Shown here: piece after piece, positions 19,135 through 28,384 of the stretch | How the letters are laid out: each line of letters starts with the position of its first letter | Position numbering within the stretch: position 1 is the first letter of the stretch | Source of the DNA: Patescibacteria group bacterium | GTDB taxonomy: Bacteria; Patescibacteriota; Patescibacteriia; Veblenbacterales; UBA10138 | Direction of reading: 5' to 3' | DNA length: 64,000 bases | Assembly (NCBI GenBank): GCA_041645215.1 | Contig: JBAZQK010000005.1 | Coordinates: 23,562 to 87,561 of the forward strand | The notes under the pieces: model-generated | What the model was told of the DNA's origin: nothing | Database searches by the model: none | What the model saw: the letters and a program-made list of their open reading frames with translations, nothing else | Made by a program: the position numbers and the translations under genes

Positions 19135-19635
19135 TTACTCTATTTTGATTATCTTACATTCAATGCTTTTGGCTGCTGACCGGTAGGTTAGGCTGTCGCC
19201 CACTTGGCACCCTATTAAGGCGGAACCAATAGGCGAGTGGTGAGAGATAACCCCCTGATTCGGATTGGTTTCGGCTGAACCGAGTATCAGGTAAGTTTTT
19301 TGTTTGTCGGCAATTTCAACAGTGACGTGGTGGCCAAGTTGCACCGTAGCGGCGTTCTTAGCTGGCGTAATTACCTTAGCGCTCTTTAACTGTTCTGCCA
19401 GCTCAATAATCCTTTGGTTTAGGTTACGCAAGCGCCCTTTGGCCAGGGCGTAGGCGGCATTTTCGGAAAAGTCGCCCATTTCCCCCAGCCGTTTCATTTC
19501 GGCGGCTACGCGCGGACGCTGGTATGTTTTTAGGCTTTCCAATTCGTGCTTAAGTTCAGCCAACTTTACCGCCGTCAGGTGCGGGTCGGGTTTAGCGTGA
19601 GTATACTTGCCTGACTTTCGTATGGGAATTTGCAT
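19135..19635 (-). CDS. GreA/GreB family transcription elongation factor
   Basis: GDFSENAAY, ILGSAETNP..G.ISHHSPIGSALIG. Confidence 0.9.
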   Translation of the reverse strand: MQIPIRKSGKYTHAKPDPHLTAVKLAELKHELESLKTYQRPRVAAEMKRLGEMGDFSENAAYALAKGRLRNLNQRIIELAEQLKSAKVITPAKNAATVQLGHHVTVEIADKQKTYLILGSAETNPNQGVISHHSPIGSALIGCQVGDSLTYRSAAKSIECKIIKIE

Positions 19636-19650
19636 TTGATTAGTCTGGAA

Positions 19651-20115
19651 TTATGAACCTAAGAGTTGTTGGTCCACCGGAGGATTGGAGAAATAGGCAC
19701 GAGCTGTACAATTCAACTCCATTAACTCAATCATCTCCATATCCGTTCGTGTGATCAGTTTAAATCCTGGGCGAGAAAGGCATTCCTTCTTAAAAGAGGG
19801 ATAGTCCGCGACAGTGAAATCAGCATCGCCTCGTTCTGGTTTTGTGGGGTCAGGAATACGAATTTTCAAAATTCGGAGTACACCCGCCACGGTTTCAAGG
19901 TCGGTTATGTGATACAATAGGCCAGAGTTCATCTCTTTCACAACCTTGCCAATAGTTTGGGTCGCTTCAATTAATTCTTTGTATTCGGTGTCTGACTGCG
20001 CGAAGATGCAAGCGTAGTTCACTGGGGCATTAGGTTCTAAGGTGTGCCTATCCTTTAGTGCTTTTGCCTGACTAACGATATCCTTCACGAGTTTCTTGAG
20101 TGTATTAGTATTCAT
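19651..20115 (-). CDS. Hypothetical protein
   Basis: 154-aa ORF with plausible composition and no family recognised. Confidence 0.7.
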   Translation of the reverse strand: MNTNTLKKLVKDIVSQAKALKDRHTLEPNAPVNYACIFAQSDTEYKELIEATQTIGKVVKEMNSGLLYHITDLETVAGVLRILKIRIPDPTKPERGDADFTVADYPSFKKECLSRPGFKLITRTDMEMIELMELNCTARAYFSNPPVDQQLLGS

Positions 20116-20355
20116 ATTAAGGTAGGTGGGTTATGTCCGATAAAATTGTTATAGTGGTGTACTTGGGTTAAGTACTCAAAATATACAAATATTATAAAGC
20201 ATTTTAACGATTTGGTTAAACTGATTTTTCAAGCACTCAGATCGCTGTCTAATTTACAAAATGAGACAAGTGAGACACCACTTCAAAGAATTGGTTAAAA
20301 GTGATAGAATACAGAATATAAGAAGAAAAAAATTTGAAAATGATATCATAATTTT

Positions 20356-21141
20356 ATGAAAGAGTATTTAGAATTTGCAAAAAAACTTGCTAAAGAAGCC
20401 GAGGAAATAGCTTTAAAATATTTTAGTTTTGAAACGGAAAATACTTGGAAGGAAGACGATACGCCATTAACGAAAGCTGATACGGAAATTAATGATTTGG
20501 TTATAAAAATGATAAATGAAACTTATCCAAACCATAGTATTTTAGGAGAAGAAGAAAGCAATAAAAAAGAAGGGTCACAATGTGTTTGGGTTTGTGATCC
20601 GATTGATGGGACTATAGCTTTTTCTTGTGGCCTACCAATATTTGTTTTCTCAATTGCTCTTGTTGATCAATCAAATGGCCAGCCTATTTTAGGATTAATA
20701 AATGATCCAATAATGAAAAATATGTATTGGGCGTGTAAAGATGGCGGAGCATATAGAAATGGTCAAAAAATATTTGTATCAAAGGATACTACTTTAAAAA
20801 ATACATATTTAAATACCGGCGCTTCAGGAGAAGATGTTGGTTTTTCACCCCTACCACTTATAAAATCACTAAGTGAAAAGAAATGCACGCAAATGAAATT
20901 TCCTTCTTTTATTTATGGTGGCGTTCAAGTGGCTAACGGAAAGTTTGTTGGAGCTGTATATTATGGAAAATACGCTCATGATGTTGCTGCATTAAAAATT
21001 ATTACTGAAGAAGCTGGTGGAAAAGTTACAGATTTAAATGGAGATGAAAGAAGATACGACCAGGATGGAATTGGCTGTGTAGTTTCCAATGGGATTCTTC
21101 ATGATGAAATATTAGAATATGTTAAGTTGGGTAAATTGTGA
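20356..21141 (+). CDS. Inositol monophosphatase family (IMPase/HisN-like)
   Basis: TKADTE, ILGEE, WVCDPIDGT, HDVAA..IITEEAGG.VTD. Confidence 0.9.
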   Translation: MKEYLEFAKKLAKEAEEIALKYFSFETENTWKEDDTPLTKADTEINDLVIKMINETYPNHSILGEEESNKKEGSQCVWVCDPIDGTIAFSCGLPIFVFSIALVDQSNGQPILGLINDPIMKNMYWACKDGGAYRNGQKIFVSKDTTLKNTYLNTGASGEDVGFSPLPLIKSLSEKKCTQMKFPSFIYGGVQVANGKFVGAVYYGKYAHDVAALKIITEEAGGKVTDLNGDERRYDQDGIGCVVSNGILHDEILEYVKLGKL

Positions 21142-21366
21142 TTCAAAACTAACTGATTAATACACAAAAACAGCGACCGCAAAAGTCGTTGTTTTTATTT
21201 ACAATTTTTTAGGCAGTCGGGTCACGCCGATAAGAAATTGTCTTGGCGGAGAGGGTGTTTTCGGCTTCGGCTCTCGTCGTCCTCCTTAGGAGGACTCCTC
21301 GGGTTAGCCACCGCCTATGGCGGGATCCCGCCTTCATTTAAATTTTAGATTAGCATAGTGGCGGGA

Positions 21367-21427
21367 CAAACCGTTGCCTTAAACCGCCCACCGCTACGCG
21401 GGGCCCCGCCACAGGCGGTGGTCGGCC
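21367..21427 (-). pseudogene. Partial duplicate of the tRNA-Ser(GCT) 5' half with a palindromic insert
   Basis: CAAACCGTTGCCTTAAACC is identical to the tRNA, then a GC-rich insert, then TCGGCC. It breaks in the anticodon loop. Confidence 0.7.
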
Positions 21428-21438
21428 TAATTCTCAAT

Positions 21439-21530
21439 TGGCGGAAGGGATGGGATTCGAACCCATGAGGCGCTTTTCATGGCGCCACGGTTTAGCAAAC
21501 CGTTGCCTTAAACCACTCGGCCACCCTTCC
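21439..21530 (-). tRNA. tRNA-Ser(GCT)
   Basis: GGAAGGG acceptor, D arm GCCGAGTGGTTTAAGGC, anticodon arm ACGGT-TTGCTAA-ACCGT, long variable arm, TTCGAAT, encoded CCA. Confidence 0.95.
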
Positions 21531-21542
21531 ACCAATTGAGAA

Positions 21543-21782
21543 TTAACTAACCAGTTTTTTAAAAGATTCTTCTCTTTTATAACTTTTTATCTCAAATTCT
21601 CTCTTATAGGCTTACTGTTTGTTATTAAACTGTTCATTATAAATTAATATTCAAGGCGCTCCCCATTTTGTAGATTTATTACCTCCTTTGTTATGCCTTT
21701 TCAAACGAGTTGCTGTACTTGTAGTTGAACCTACATAATATCTGCTGGATATCAGACTCTTAATTATATAGATATAATACAT
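21543..21782 (-). pseudogene. GIY-YIG nuclease (UPF0213-like) pseudogene
   Basis: Hand translation: MYYIYIIKSLISSRYYVGST...RLKRHNKG.NKSTKWGAP*ILIYNEQFNNKQ*AYKREFEIKSYK. The two in-frame stops fall where W and E are expected. Confidence 0.85.
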
Positions 21783-21936
21783 AGCTCTTCCGAATTCTGA
21801 AAATTGGCGGAGGCGAGAGGCCCGGTAGTATTAAGCTGCGCTTAAACTACTGGGTAAAATTCTCACCTTAGTTTAGAATAGCAGTTTTTCCACCCAAGGT
21901 GGATATGCCTCTGGTGGACAAGATTCCTTACTAGTG

Positions 21937-21990
21937 CGGAGAGGGTGGGATTCGATCCCTCGGTACCTTGCGGCACAACGGTTTTTCGCG
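21937..21990 (-). pseudogene. tRNA-Ser (CGA-like) 3' half
   Basis: CGAAAAACCGTTGTGCCGCAAGGTACCGAGGGATCGAATCCCACCCTCTCCG gives variable arm, degenerate T arm and acceptor strand. Confidence 0.7.
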
Positions 21991-22004
21991 ACCCCGTAAG
22001 AGAG

Positions 22005-22091
22005 CGGTGGGGGCGAGATTCGAACTCGCGGTCCGTTTTGGCGGACTCCGGTTTTCAAGACCGGTGCACTAAACCACTATGCGACCCCACC
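22005..22091 (-). tRNA. tRNA-Ser(TGA), CCA not encoded
   Basis: GGTGGGG/CCCCACC acceptor, anticodon arm CCGGT-CTTGAAA-ACCGG, long variable arm, GCGAG-TTCGAAT-CTCGC. Confidence 0.93.
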
Positions 22092-22201
22092 ATAAGATTA
22101 TATTAGATTTATTGTGAAGTTTTTCCGCCTCCGCTATTAATGTTCAGCTTCGGCGGATTGCTGTTTGTTGCCAATCGCGTCGCTCTTGGACAAACAGGGA
22201 A

Positions 22202-22237
22202 CAAGACTGCCGCCTTCAACCGCTCGGCCACCCCACC
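22202..22237 (-). pseudogene. tRNA-Ser-type 5' half
   Basis: GGTGGGGTGGCCGAGCGGTTGAAGGCGGCAGTCTTG, ending in the anticodon loop. Confidence 0.7.
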
Positions 22238-22251
22238 GCTCTCTTACGGGG

Positions 22252-22324
22252 CAAGTTGTCCGATTAAACCCCCGCCCCGTGTCCCCGCTTAGCGGGGTAC
22301 TATCGGGGACTCTCGCACCTCTCT
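22252..22324 (-). pseudogene. tRNA-Ser-type 5' half with a palindromic insert in the D loop
   Basis: AGAGAGGTGCGAGAGT[insert]GGTTTAATCGGACAACTTG. Its acceptor strand complements the 3' half at 21937. Confidence 0.65.
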
Positions 22325-22459
22325 GTACTGATTTAGAATAATGTTGCTTTTGTCACTCCGGTTTATCCCGTCTTGTCTGCGGGTCACGCCTTCAAAAAGC
22401 TAACTTAGTATAGTAATTGACAGTTTAAGTGTCAACGCTACGAATTAACTAACCGTTAA

Positions 22460-23578
22460 TTAACTAACCCATTGCCAGTTAACAAATCGCGCTACGCTTA
22501 ATATTAACAGCGGTATGGAAATGGCCAAATACAAATACCACAGCCATTTATTTTTTAGCTGGCTAATTACTATAAATATGGGCAATATTGCCAATATAAA
22601 GCGGGGCAGGCTGCCGAGTGTGTCGGAGAAAAGCGAGGGTAATATAGTGAGAACAGCCAACAAAGCGTAGCTTTTATCTAACCGCCATAGTTTGGGCAAA
22701 CATATAAGTACCAATCCCAGCGCCGCCAGCTCGCTCAAATGAACTAGCCACCGGTCGCCCTGGGTTAAAACATTGTGAATCGTGCCGGCTAATAATTTAT
22801 GCGGCCAAACTAAGTGCCGCGCGGCCAAAGTTTGGCCGTGCAGCCAAGCCAATGGATCACCGACCAGGTAGTAAAGGTATACACTAAAAGCCACTAGTCC
22901 GAGCGGTGGAATTAAAAGCGGTATTAAAGTACGCCGGTTTAGTAACTTTTTATTAAGCCACTGTTTAGTTAGTAGGACTGGCCACAAAAATATTCCCACT
23001 GGCCGACTGGCGCTGGCCAGTCCAGCTGTTACACTTGAGCTAAACCAGTGATTTTGTTCAACCAGCTAAAATGTTAAAGCTGACAGCAGCAACAAAGTGG
23101 ATTCGCTATAGGCACTAACCATAAAAAATGATGTTGGAAACGCCAATAAAGTTATTAGGCTGTAGTTGGCTGTTAAGCGAGAGTATTTTTGATCAAGCCA
23201 GCGCCAAAATACTAAACTAAAAAGCAGAGCCATTGCGTTTGCTATTACCACTCCAGCTAACAAAGAGCGCAGGTTTGTAACCAGTTTAGTTATTTTCCAT
23301 AACAGCGGGTAAAGCGGGAAAAAAGTAACATTGGACATAGCATCGGTTTTAAACCAATAACTATGATCAACAATGCTGGCGTACCAGCCGCTGTCCCAGC
23401 GGGCAAGCAGCGGCGCTTGTTGTTCCCAAGGCCAAGGATTAATAGGCGGCGTTAAATAAAAATTCGCCAGCCGGGCGACAATTTCTATACTTATCCGCCA
23501 CAGTAAAAAAAATAACAGCGGCGTCAGCCACCAGTACTTATTAAGCAGGGATTTAAGTTTGTAGAAAAAGTTAACCAT
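22460..23578 (-). pseudogene. PIG-V-like (GT-C) mannosyltransferase split by one in-frame TAG
   Basis: RWDSGWY, FFPLYP, FPTSFF..AYSES, then TAG at 23066-23068. The same frame continues LVEQNHW...ASRPVGIFL into ORF 22460-22999. Confidence 0.8.
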
Positions 23579-23692
23579 GATTATTTAGTATTCAGTTTTT
23601 TTGTATTCTCAATTCCTAATTCATGATTCCTAATTCTAACTATTCTTAACTCGCTCTTCGGTATTCGTAATTCCATTTTCTATTTTGGTATA

Positions 23693-24418
23693 TTATCCTT
23701 TGGCCACGGTCAGTCCCCAGACTTCCATAGCGCCGGCCGCTTTAAGCAGTTTGGCGCATTCTTGCAAAGTGGCGCCGGAGGTGTAAACATCGTCAACCAA
23801 AATATAAACTTGGTTTTGGCAATCAATTCCCGCTTTTAATTTGAAGACGTTTTGCAGATTTTGTCGGCGTTTAGCCGGGTCGGTTATTTTACTCTGCGGC
23901 TGGGTGCCGCGCGTTCGTTCAATGATATCGGCTATTTGCAAATTAGCCGCCTCGCTAACCACCTGCGCCAACAGCGCGGCTTGGTTAAAACCGCGTTCGC
24001 GCGCTCGCCACTTGGCCAATGGTACGGGTACCAAAAACCAGTTGCTGCGCGGCGTTGCGTGCCAGGGCGGCGGTAAATTGTAGACGCGCAAGGTGGTAAT
24101 AAGTATTTGCCCCAAAATCGGCACCGCGGCCGTTAAGAATTGGTATTTTAAACCGGAGATTAATTTTTTTATTAAGCGGTTGCTGTAAGATTGGCTGCAC
24201 CACAGGCCGTTCAGCGATTGGTTGCTATTACAGTTTTCACAAAACTCACCAACCGGACTGTTGGCGCCGCAAGTCGGGCAAGTTAGTTGTCGGGGATAAG
24301 TTAGTTCAGCTAAGCAGAGCGGGCAGGCCCAGTCGTTAAATTGGCCGCAACCGGCACAACGTTGCGGGAACAAAGCTTCCACCAGCCAATTAAAAAATTG
24401 TTTTAAAGTTTGCCTCAT
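23693..24418 (-). CDS. comF: ComF family protein (Zn ribbon + phosphoribosyltransferase)
   Basis: LFPQRCAGC, PVPL..R..RGFNQA, ILVDDVYTSGATL. Confidence 0.92.
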   Translation of the reverse strand: MRQTLKQFFNWLVEALFPQRCAGCGQFNDWACPLCLAELTYPRQLTCPTCGANSPVGEFCENCNSNQSLNGLWCSQSYSNRLIKKLISGLKYQFLTAAVPILGQILITTLRVYNLPPPWHATPRSNWFLVPVPLAKWRARERGFNQAALLAQVVSEAANLQIADIIERTRGTQPQSKITDPAKRRQNLQNVFKLKAGIDCQNQVYILVDDVYTSGATLQECAKLLKAAGAMEVWGLTVAKG

Positions 24419-24439
24419 AACCTTCCAGTTAAAGATGGT

Positions 24440-24635
24440 GAGATGGTTTCAAAACTCATTTCTGCTGTAATTTCATCTTTTCGGCTGCGACTTCGTCAGG
24501 CTTCGCAAACAGGATTTCACCGTAGTTCTACTACGTTTCAATTCTTTTGGCCGCCTTCCTCGTCTCGTTCAATCCGCCCAAGTTTTCTTTCAGAAAATTT
24601 AGGCGGACGCCACGAAAGAGTTTTGGAACCATCTC
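24440..24635. mobile_element. MITE-like element with 18-bp terminal inverted repeats
   Basis: GAGATGGTTTCAAAACTC and GAGTTTTGGAACCATCTC (1 mismatch), internal CACCGTAGTTCTACTACG hairpin. Confidence 0.7.
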
Positions 24636-24644
24636 GCGGTAAAA

Positions 24645-27173
24645 TTATTGAATTATAAGTTTACCGTCTTTAACTTTAATTTTAACTTGACCGGACAGTT
24701 TAATTGTCCCCGCAATCAGTTGGTTGGTTAAATTATCCTCCAATTCGCTTTGTAAAAGTCGTCTGATGCCGCGCGCCCCTTGTTCGGGCGAGAAGGTTAA
24801 ACGAGCAATGGCGCGGGCGGCCCCCGGCGCTAAACGCACGGTAAGTTTTATTTTTTGCCGCGTCAGGCGTTGGTTGAATTCGCTTATTTGCAGCTGAACG
24901 ATTTTAGCCAGGTCAGATTCGGACAGGGGATTGAATACCAGTACGCCGTCCAGTCGGTTTAAAAATTCAGGCCGGAAAAATTTTTTAACCTCGTCCAGCA
25001 ACTGGTTTTTGGTTTGTTGGAAATTGGCCTGAAAGTTTTCCAGGGTTGATTTGCCGCCGGCGTCAAAACCAAGCCGGGCTTGTTGGTTTAATTCATTCAA
25101 ACCCAAATTGGACGTCATTATTATAAGGGTGTTTTTAAAGTTGATTTGTTTGCCGGCGGCGTCGGTTAAATGGCCGTCTTCCAGAATTTGCAGCAGCAAG
25201 TTAAACACATCAGGATGGGCTTTTTCAATTTCATCAAACAATACCACACTGAATGGTTGCCGTTTAATAAGGTCGGTTAACTTATTACTGTCTTTGTAGC
25301 CAACATAGCCGGCCGGAGCGCCAATCAGTTTAGAAATGTTAAAGGCTTCGGAAAATTCCGACATATCCAAACGAATTAAGGCGTGGCGGTTTTTAAATAC
25401 TTGTTCGGCTATTACTTTGGCCAGTTCAGTTTTGCCCACGCCTGACGGTCCCAGAAAAATGAATGAGCCGATCGGGCGCAGTGGATTGCCCAAACCCAAC
25501 CGGGCGCGGCGGATAGCCTGCGTGATCGCTTGAATAGCTTCGCTCTGGCCAACTATATGCTGACCAATTAAGGCTTCCAGTTTATTGAGTTGCAAGCGTT
25601 CCTTGGCCACCAGTTCGGTTAGCGGCACGCCGGTGATTTGGGCCACGATTTCGGCCACTTGTTGGCGGGTAACTGTCAATTTGGGGTTGGCGGGGCGGGG
25701 GTCAAATTGACCAGCGAGCTGATCTAAACCAAGGGCTACTTTACCAGCCTCGGTTTTGTAGCTCATCGCCTGTGAGAAATTTTCCAGCTTGATGGCATTT
25801 TCCTTAGCTTGGTTTAACTCTTTTAGTTTAGTTTCCAGTTCGCGCCGAGTTATTAATTTGTTGTCAGTTGGTTGAGTAACTTTTAGTTTGGAGGCGGCTT
25901 CGTCCAGCAAGTCAATGGCCTTATCAGGTAAAAATTTTTCCGGCAGATAGCGCTCGGACAATTCCACCGCCGCCTCAATCGCCTCGTTGCTTATATTAAC
26001 ACCATGAAAAAGTTCATAATTATGGCGCAGGCCGTTGAGCACGCTAATGGTTTCCGCCGGCGTTGGTTCGGCGACTTTAACCACTTGAAAGCGGCGTTCC
26101 AGGGCCGCGTCGGATTCAATTGATTTTTTATAGTCTTCCGGCGTGGTGGCGCCAATGCAGCGGATTAACCCTTTGGCCAAAGCCGGCTTGATAAGGTTGG
26201 CCAGGTCAAGCGATCCCGGCGCCGCGCCCGCGCCGATAATGGTGTGAATTTCGTCAATGAATATTATTATTTCCTCGTGAACCTTAAGCTCGTCCAATAT
26301 TTGTTTAAGCCGGTTTTCAAATTCGCCCCGGTACATTGTGCCGGCAATAATTAGTCCCAAATCCAGCGCGTAGATTTTTTTGTCCATTAAGAATTCCGGC
26401 ACTTGGCCGTCCATAATTCGTTTGGCTAAACCTTCCACAATAGCGGTTTTACCCACTCCGGGGTCGCCGAGCAGCAGGGGATTGTTTTTGGTGCGCCGCG
26501 CCAGAATATTTATTAAGCGGTCAATTTCGCCGTGGCGGCCAATTACCGGGTCAACTTTACGTTGGATTTCGTCAGCGGTTAAGTCAGTACAAAAAAAATC
26601 AAGCGCCGGCGTTTCGGCGCCAGCCTGGTCGTCGGTTTTTTCTTCATTGTCAAGCAAGAGCTGTGCTAAGTCGGGAAAACGCGAAGCGCTTTTTAAAGCC
26701 GATACCACTTGCAATTTTAATACAGTGGGGGTTATGTCTAACTTTTTCCACAGGTCAGATATAGTTAAGTCGTCACTAATGGTAAAGGCATAGAGCAAGT
26801 GTTCACTGCCAATGTAGTGGTGATTAAATCGCCAGGCGGTGGCGATTGATTTTTCCACCAGCTTTTTAGCGGTAACCGTTAAATAATCGGTCAATATAAT
26901 CATCCAGTTTACCGGTTCGTAAGGCGCCGGCGCTAGTGGCGGCCGGGTAACAACATTGTCCGTCACCGAATTGTACAACCGTTGTCGGACAGTTACCGGT
27001 GTTAAAGTTTGTTTGTTTAAAAAATCATTAGCTAACGAGCCTTGTTCCAAAGTCAGGGCATAAAATAAATCAACCGCCGTTACCTGCGGCCGGCCAGATT
27101 CGGCCGCGACGCGATGGGCGATGGCTAAAATGCGTTGATAATGAGTGGTGAATTTGGAGAGAATGTCCGGCAT
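24645..27173 (-). CDS. clpC: ATP-dependent Clp protease ATP-binding subunit (ClpC-like)
   Basis: Clp N repeats, RRTKNNP..GDPGVGKT, UVR coiled coil, GPSGVGKT, LGF loop, FRPEFLNRLD. Confidence 0.9.
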   Translation of the reverse strand: MPDILSKFTTHYQRILAIAHRVAAESGRPQVTAVDLFYALTLEQGSLANDFLNKQTLTPVTVRQRLYNSVTDNVVTRPPLAPAPYEPVNWMIILTDYLTVTAKKLVEKSIATAWRFNHHYIGSEHLLYAFTISDDLTISDLWKKLDITPTVLKLQVVSALKSASRFPDLAQLLLDNEEKTDDQAGAETPALDFFCTDLTADEIQRKVDPVIGRHGEIDRLINILARRTKNNPLLLGDPGVGKTAIVEGLAKRIMDGQVPEFLMDKKIYALDLGLIIAGTMYRGEFENRLKQILDELKVHEEIIIFIDEIHTIIGAGAAPGSLDLANLIKPALAKGLIRCIGATTPEDYKKSIESDAALERRFQVVKVAEPTPAETISVLNGLRHNYELFHGVNISNEAIEAAVELSERYLPEKFLPDKAIDLLDEAASKLKVTQPTDNKLITRRELETKLKELNQAKENAIKLENFSQAMSYKTEAGKVALGLDQLAGQFDPRPANPKLTVTRQQVAEIVAQITGVPLTELVAKERLQLNKLEALIGQHIVGQSEAIQAITQAIRRARLGLGNPLRPIGSFIFLGPSGVGKTELAKVIAEQVFKNRHALIRLDMSEFSEAFNISKLIGAPAGYVGYKDSNKLTDLIKRQPFSVVLFDEIEKAHPDVFNLLLQILEDGHLTDAAGKQINFKNTLIIMTSNLGLNELNQQARLGFDAGGKSTLENFQANFQQTKNQLLDEVKKFFRPEFLNRLDGVLVFNPLSESDLAKIVQLQISEFNQRLTRQKIKLTVRLAPGAARAIARLTFSPEQGARGIRRLLQSELEDNLTNQLIAGTIKLSGQVKIKVKDGKLIIQ

Positions 27174-27174
27174 G

Positions 27175-27271
27175 ATAGGAAATTAAAAATTGAAAAATCA
27201 AAATGCAAAATAATAAGGTAAAATCCAGAAATTGAATTTTTATTTTTTATTTTTGAATTTTTAATTTCCTA
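27175..27271. repeat. Heptamer-arm element with ATAGGAAATT / AATTTCCTAT ends
   Basis: Inverted ends fill the htpX-clpC gap and overlap the htpX TAG. Confidence 0.7.
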
Positions 27272-28159
27272 TGCCATTTGCCGCAAAGCTTTTACCCGTT
27301 CGGCAAGGGGCGGATGAGTGGAGAGCAATTTAGTCATACGCTTGGCGCCGGCGCCAAACGGTGAGCTTATGTACAGATGAGCCGTCGCCTGCGAAGCCCG
27401 TTGCAACGGCTGGCCGTCGGCCGCGATTTTTTCCAAGGCCCGGGCCAAACCTTCGGGGTAGCGGGTAGCCAGCGCGCCGGCGGCGTCAGCCAAGTATTCG
27501 CGTTTGCGTGAAATCGCCAATTTAATAAGATTAGCGATTAGGGGGGACAGTATGGCTAAGATTAAGCCGACCATCATAATTACGCCACTGCCGTTGTTTT
27601 GATTGCCAAAGCGGCGGCCGGCGCCAAAAAATAATTGCGAACGTAAAAATATATCGGACAAAATTACTATCATGCCAACCAAAACAATCACCAGCGTGCC
27701 CAGACGAATGTCTAAGTTTTTAATGTGGGATAATTCATGGGCAATTACGCCTTCCAGTTCCTCGTTGGCCAGTTTGGCCACCAGGCCTTGGGTTAAGGCA
27801 ATGGACGAGTGTTGCGGGTCGCGACCGGTGGCAAAAGCGTTCATAGCCTGGTCCGGTATCAGGTAAACTTTTGGCATGGGCAAGCCTTGGCTAATGCATA
27901 AATTTTCTACCAAATTCCACACGTATGAATTATCCGTCTTGCTGATAGGGTAAGCTCCCGCCAGGCCAAGGGCGATTTTATCGCCGGCGTAGTAGCCGGT
28001 TAACGCCATTACAATCGCGATTAGGCCGGCGATAGTTAGCGGGCCATATAAAGAGCCGCTGGATAAACCCATTACATAGCCGAGCGCCAGTATAACCACC
28101 AAGAATATGGTTATTAAGGCCCAGGTTTTTTGCTTGTTAGCGGTAATTTGGGAGTACAT
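27269..28159 (-). CDS. htpX: Zinc metalloprotease HtpX (M48)
   Basis: NAFATGRDP, ELEGVIAHELSHIKN.D, SRKREYLAD, STHPP. Confidence 0.95.
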   Translation of the reverse strand: MYSQITANKQKTWALITIFLVVILALGYVMGLSSGSLYGPLTIAGLIAIVMALTGYYAGDKIALGLAGAYPISKTDNSYVWNLVENLCISQGLPMPKVYLIPDQAMNAFATGRDPQHSSIALTQGLVAKLANEELEGVIAHELSHIKNLDIRLGTLVIVLVGMIVILSDIFLRSQLFFGAGRRFGNQNNGSGVIMMVGLILAILSPLIANLIKLAISRKREYLADAAGALATRYPEGLARALEKIAADGQPLQRASQATAHLYISSPFGAGAKRMTKLLSTHPPLAERVKALRQMA

Positions 28160-28160
28160 G

Positions 28161-28380
28161 ATAGGAAATTTAAAATTGAAAAATCAAAAATTAAAATGAA
28201 GAAAAATAATTTTAAATTTTACATTGCCTGCCCGCCAGCGGCCTCGCTTAATTAAAAATAAGTTATTTAGTGTTATGTCTTTTTGTTTAACACTATCGTT
28301 GGCCTTAGGACAGGCTTTGGCGGGCATCGTTTAGCGGGGCAGGCGGGTTATTTTTCATTTTGATATTTACATTTTTAATT
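28161..28380. repeat. Heptamer-arm element with a nested CCTGCCCGCC...GGCAGGCGGG insert
   Basis: Starts ATAGGAAATTTAAAATTGAAAAATC. Right arm is interrupted after TTTTACATTG. Confidence 0.65.
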
Positions 28381-28384
28381 GTCT

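Larger units (their letters stand above)
21992..22251. mobile_element. 260-bp segment bounded by a perfect 21-bp inverted repeat and carrying tRNA-Ser(TGA)
   Basis: CCCCGTAAGAGAGCGGTGGGG (21992-22012) and CCCCACCGCTCTCTTACGGGG (22231-22251). Confidence 0.55.

Noticed and set aside
21873-22058. 61-aa ORF, and similarly 24410-24658, 50361-50582, 50722-50931 and 59457-59654
   Set aside because: They run through tRNA, MITE, repeat or T-box sequence.
21543-23578. Stop-codon reassignment explaining the in-frame stops
   Set aside because: The stops are of three different types and all three terminate normal genes in this window.
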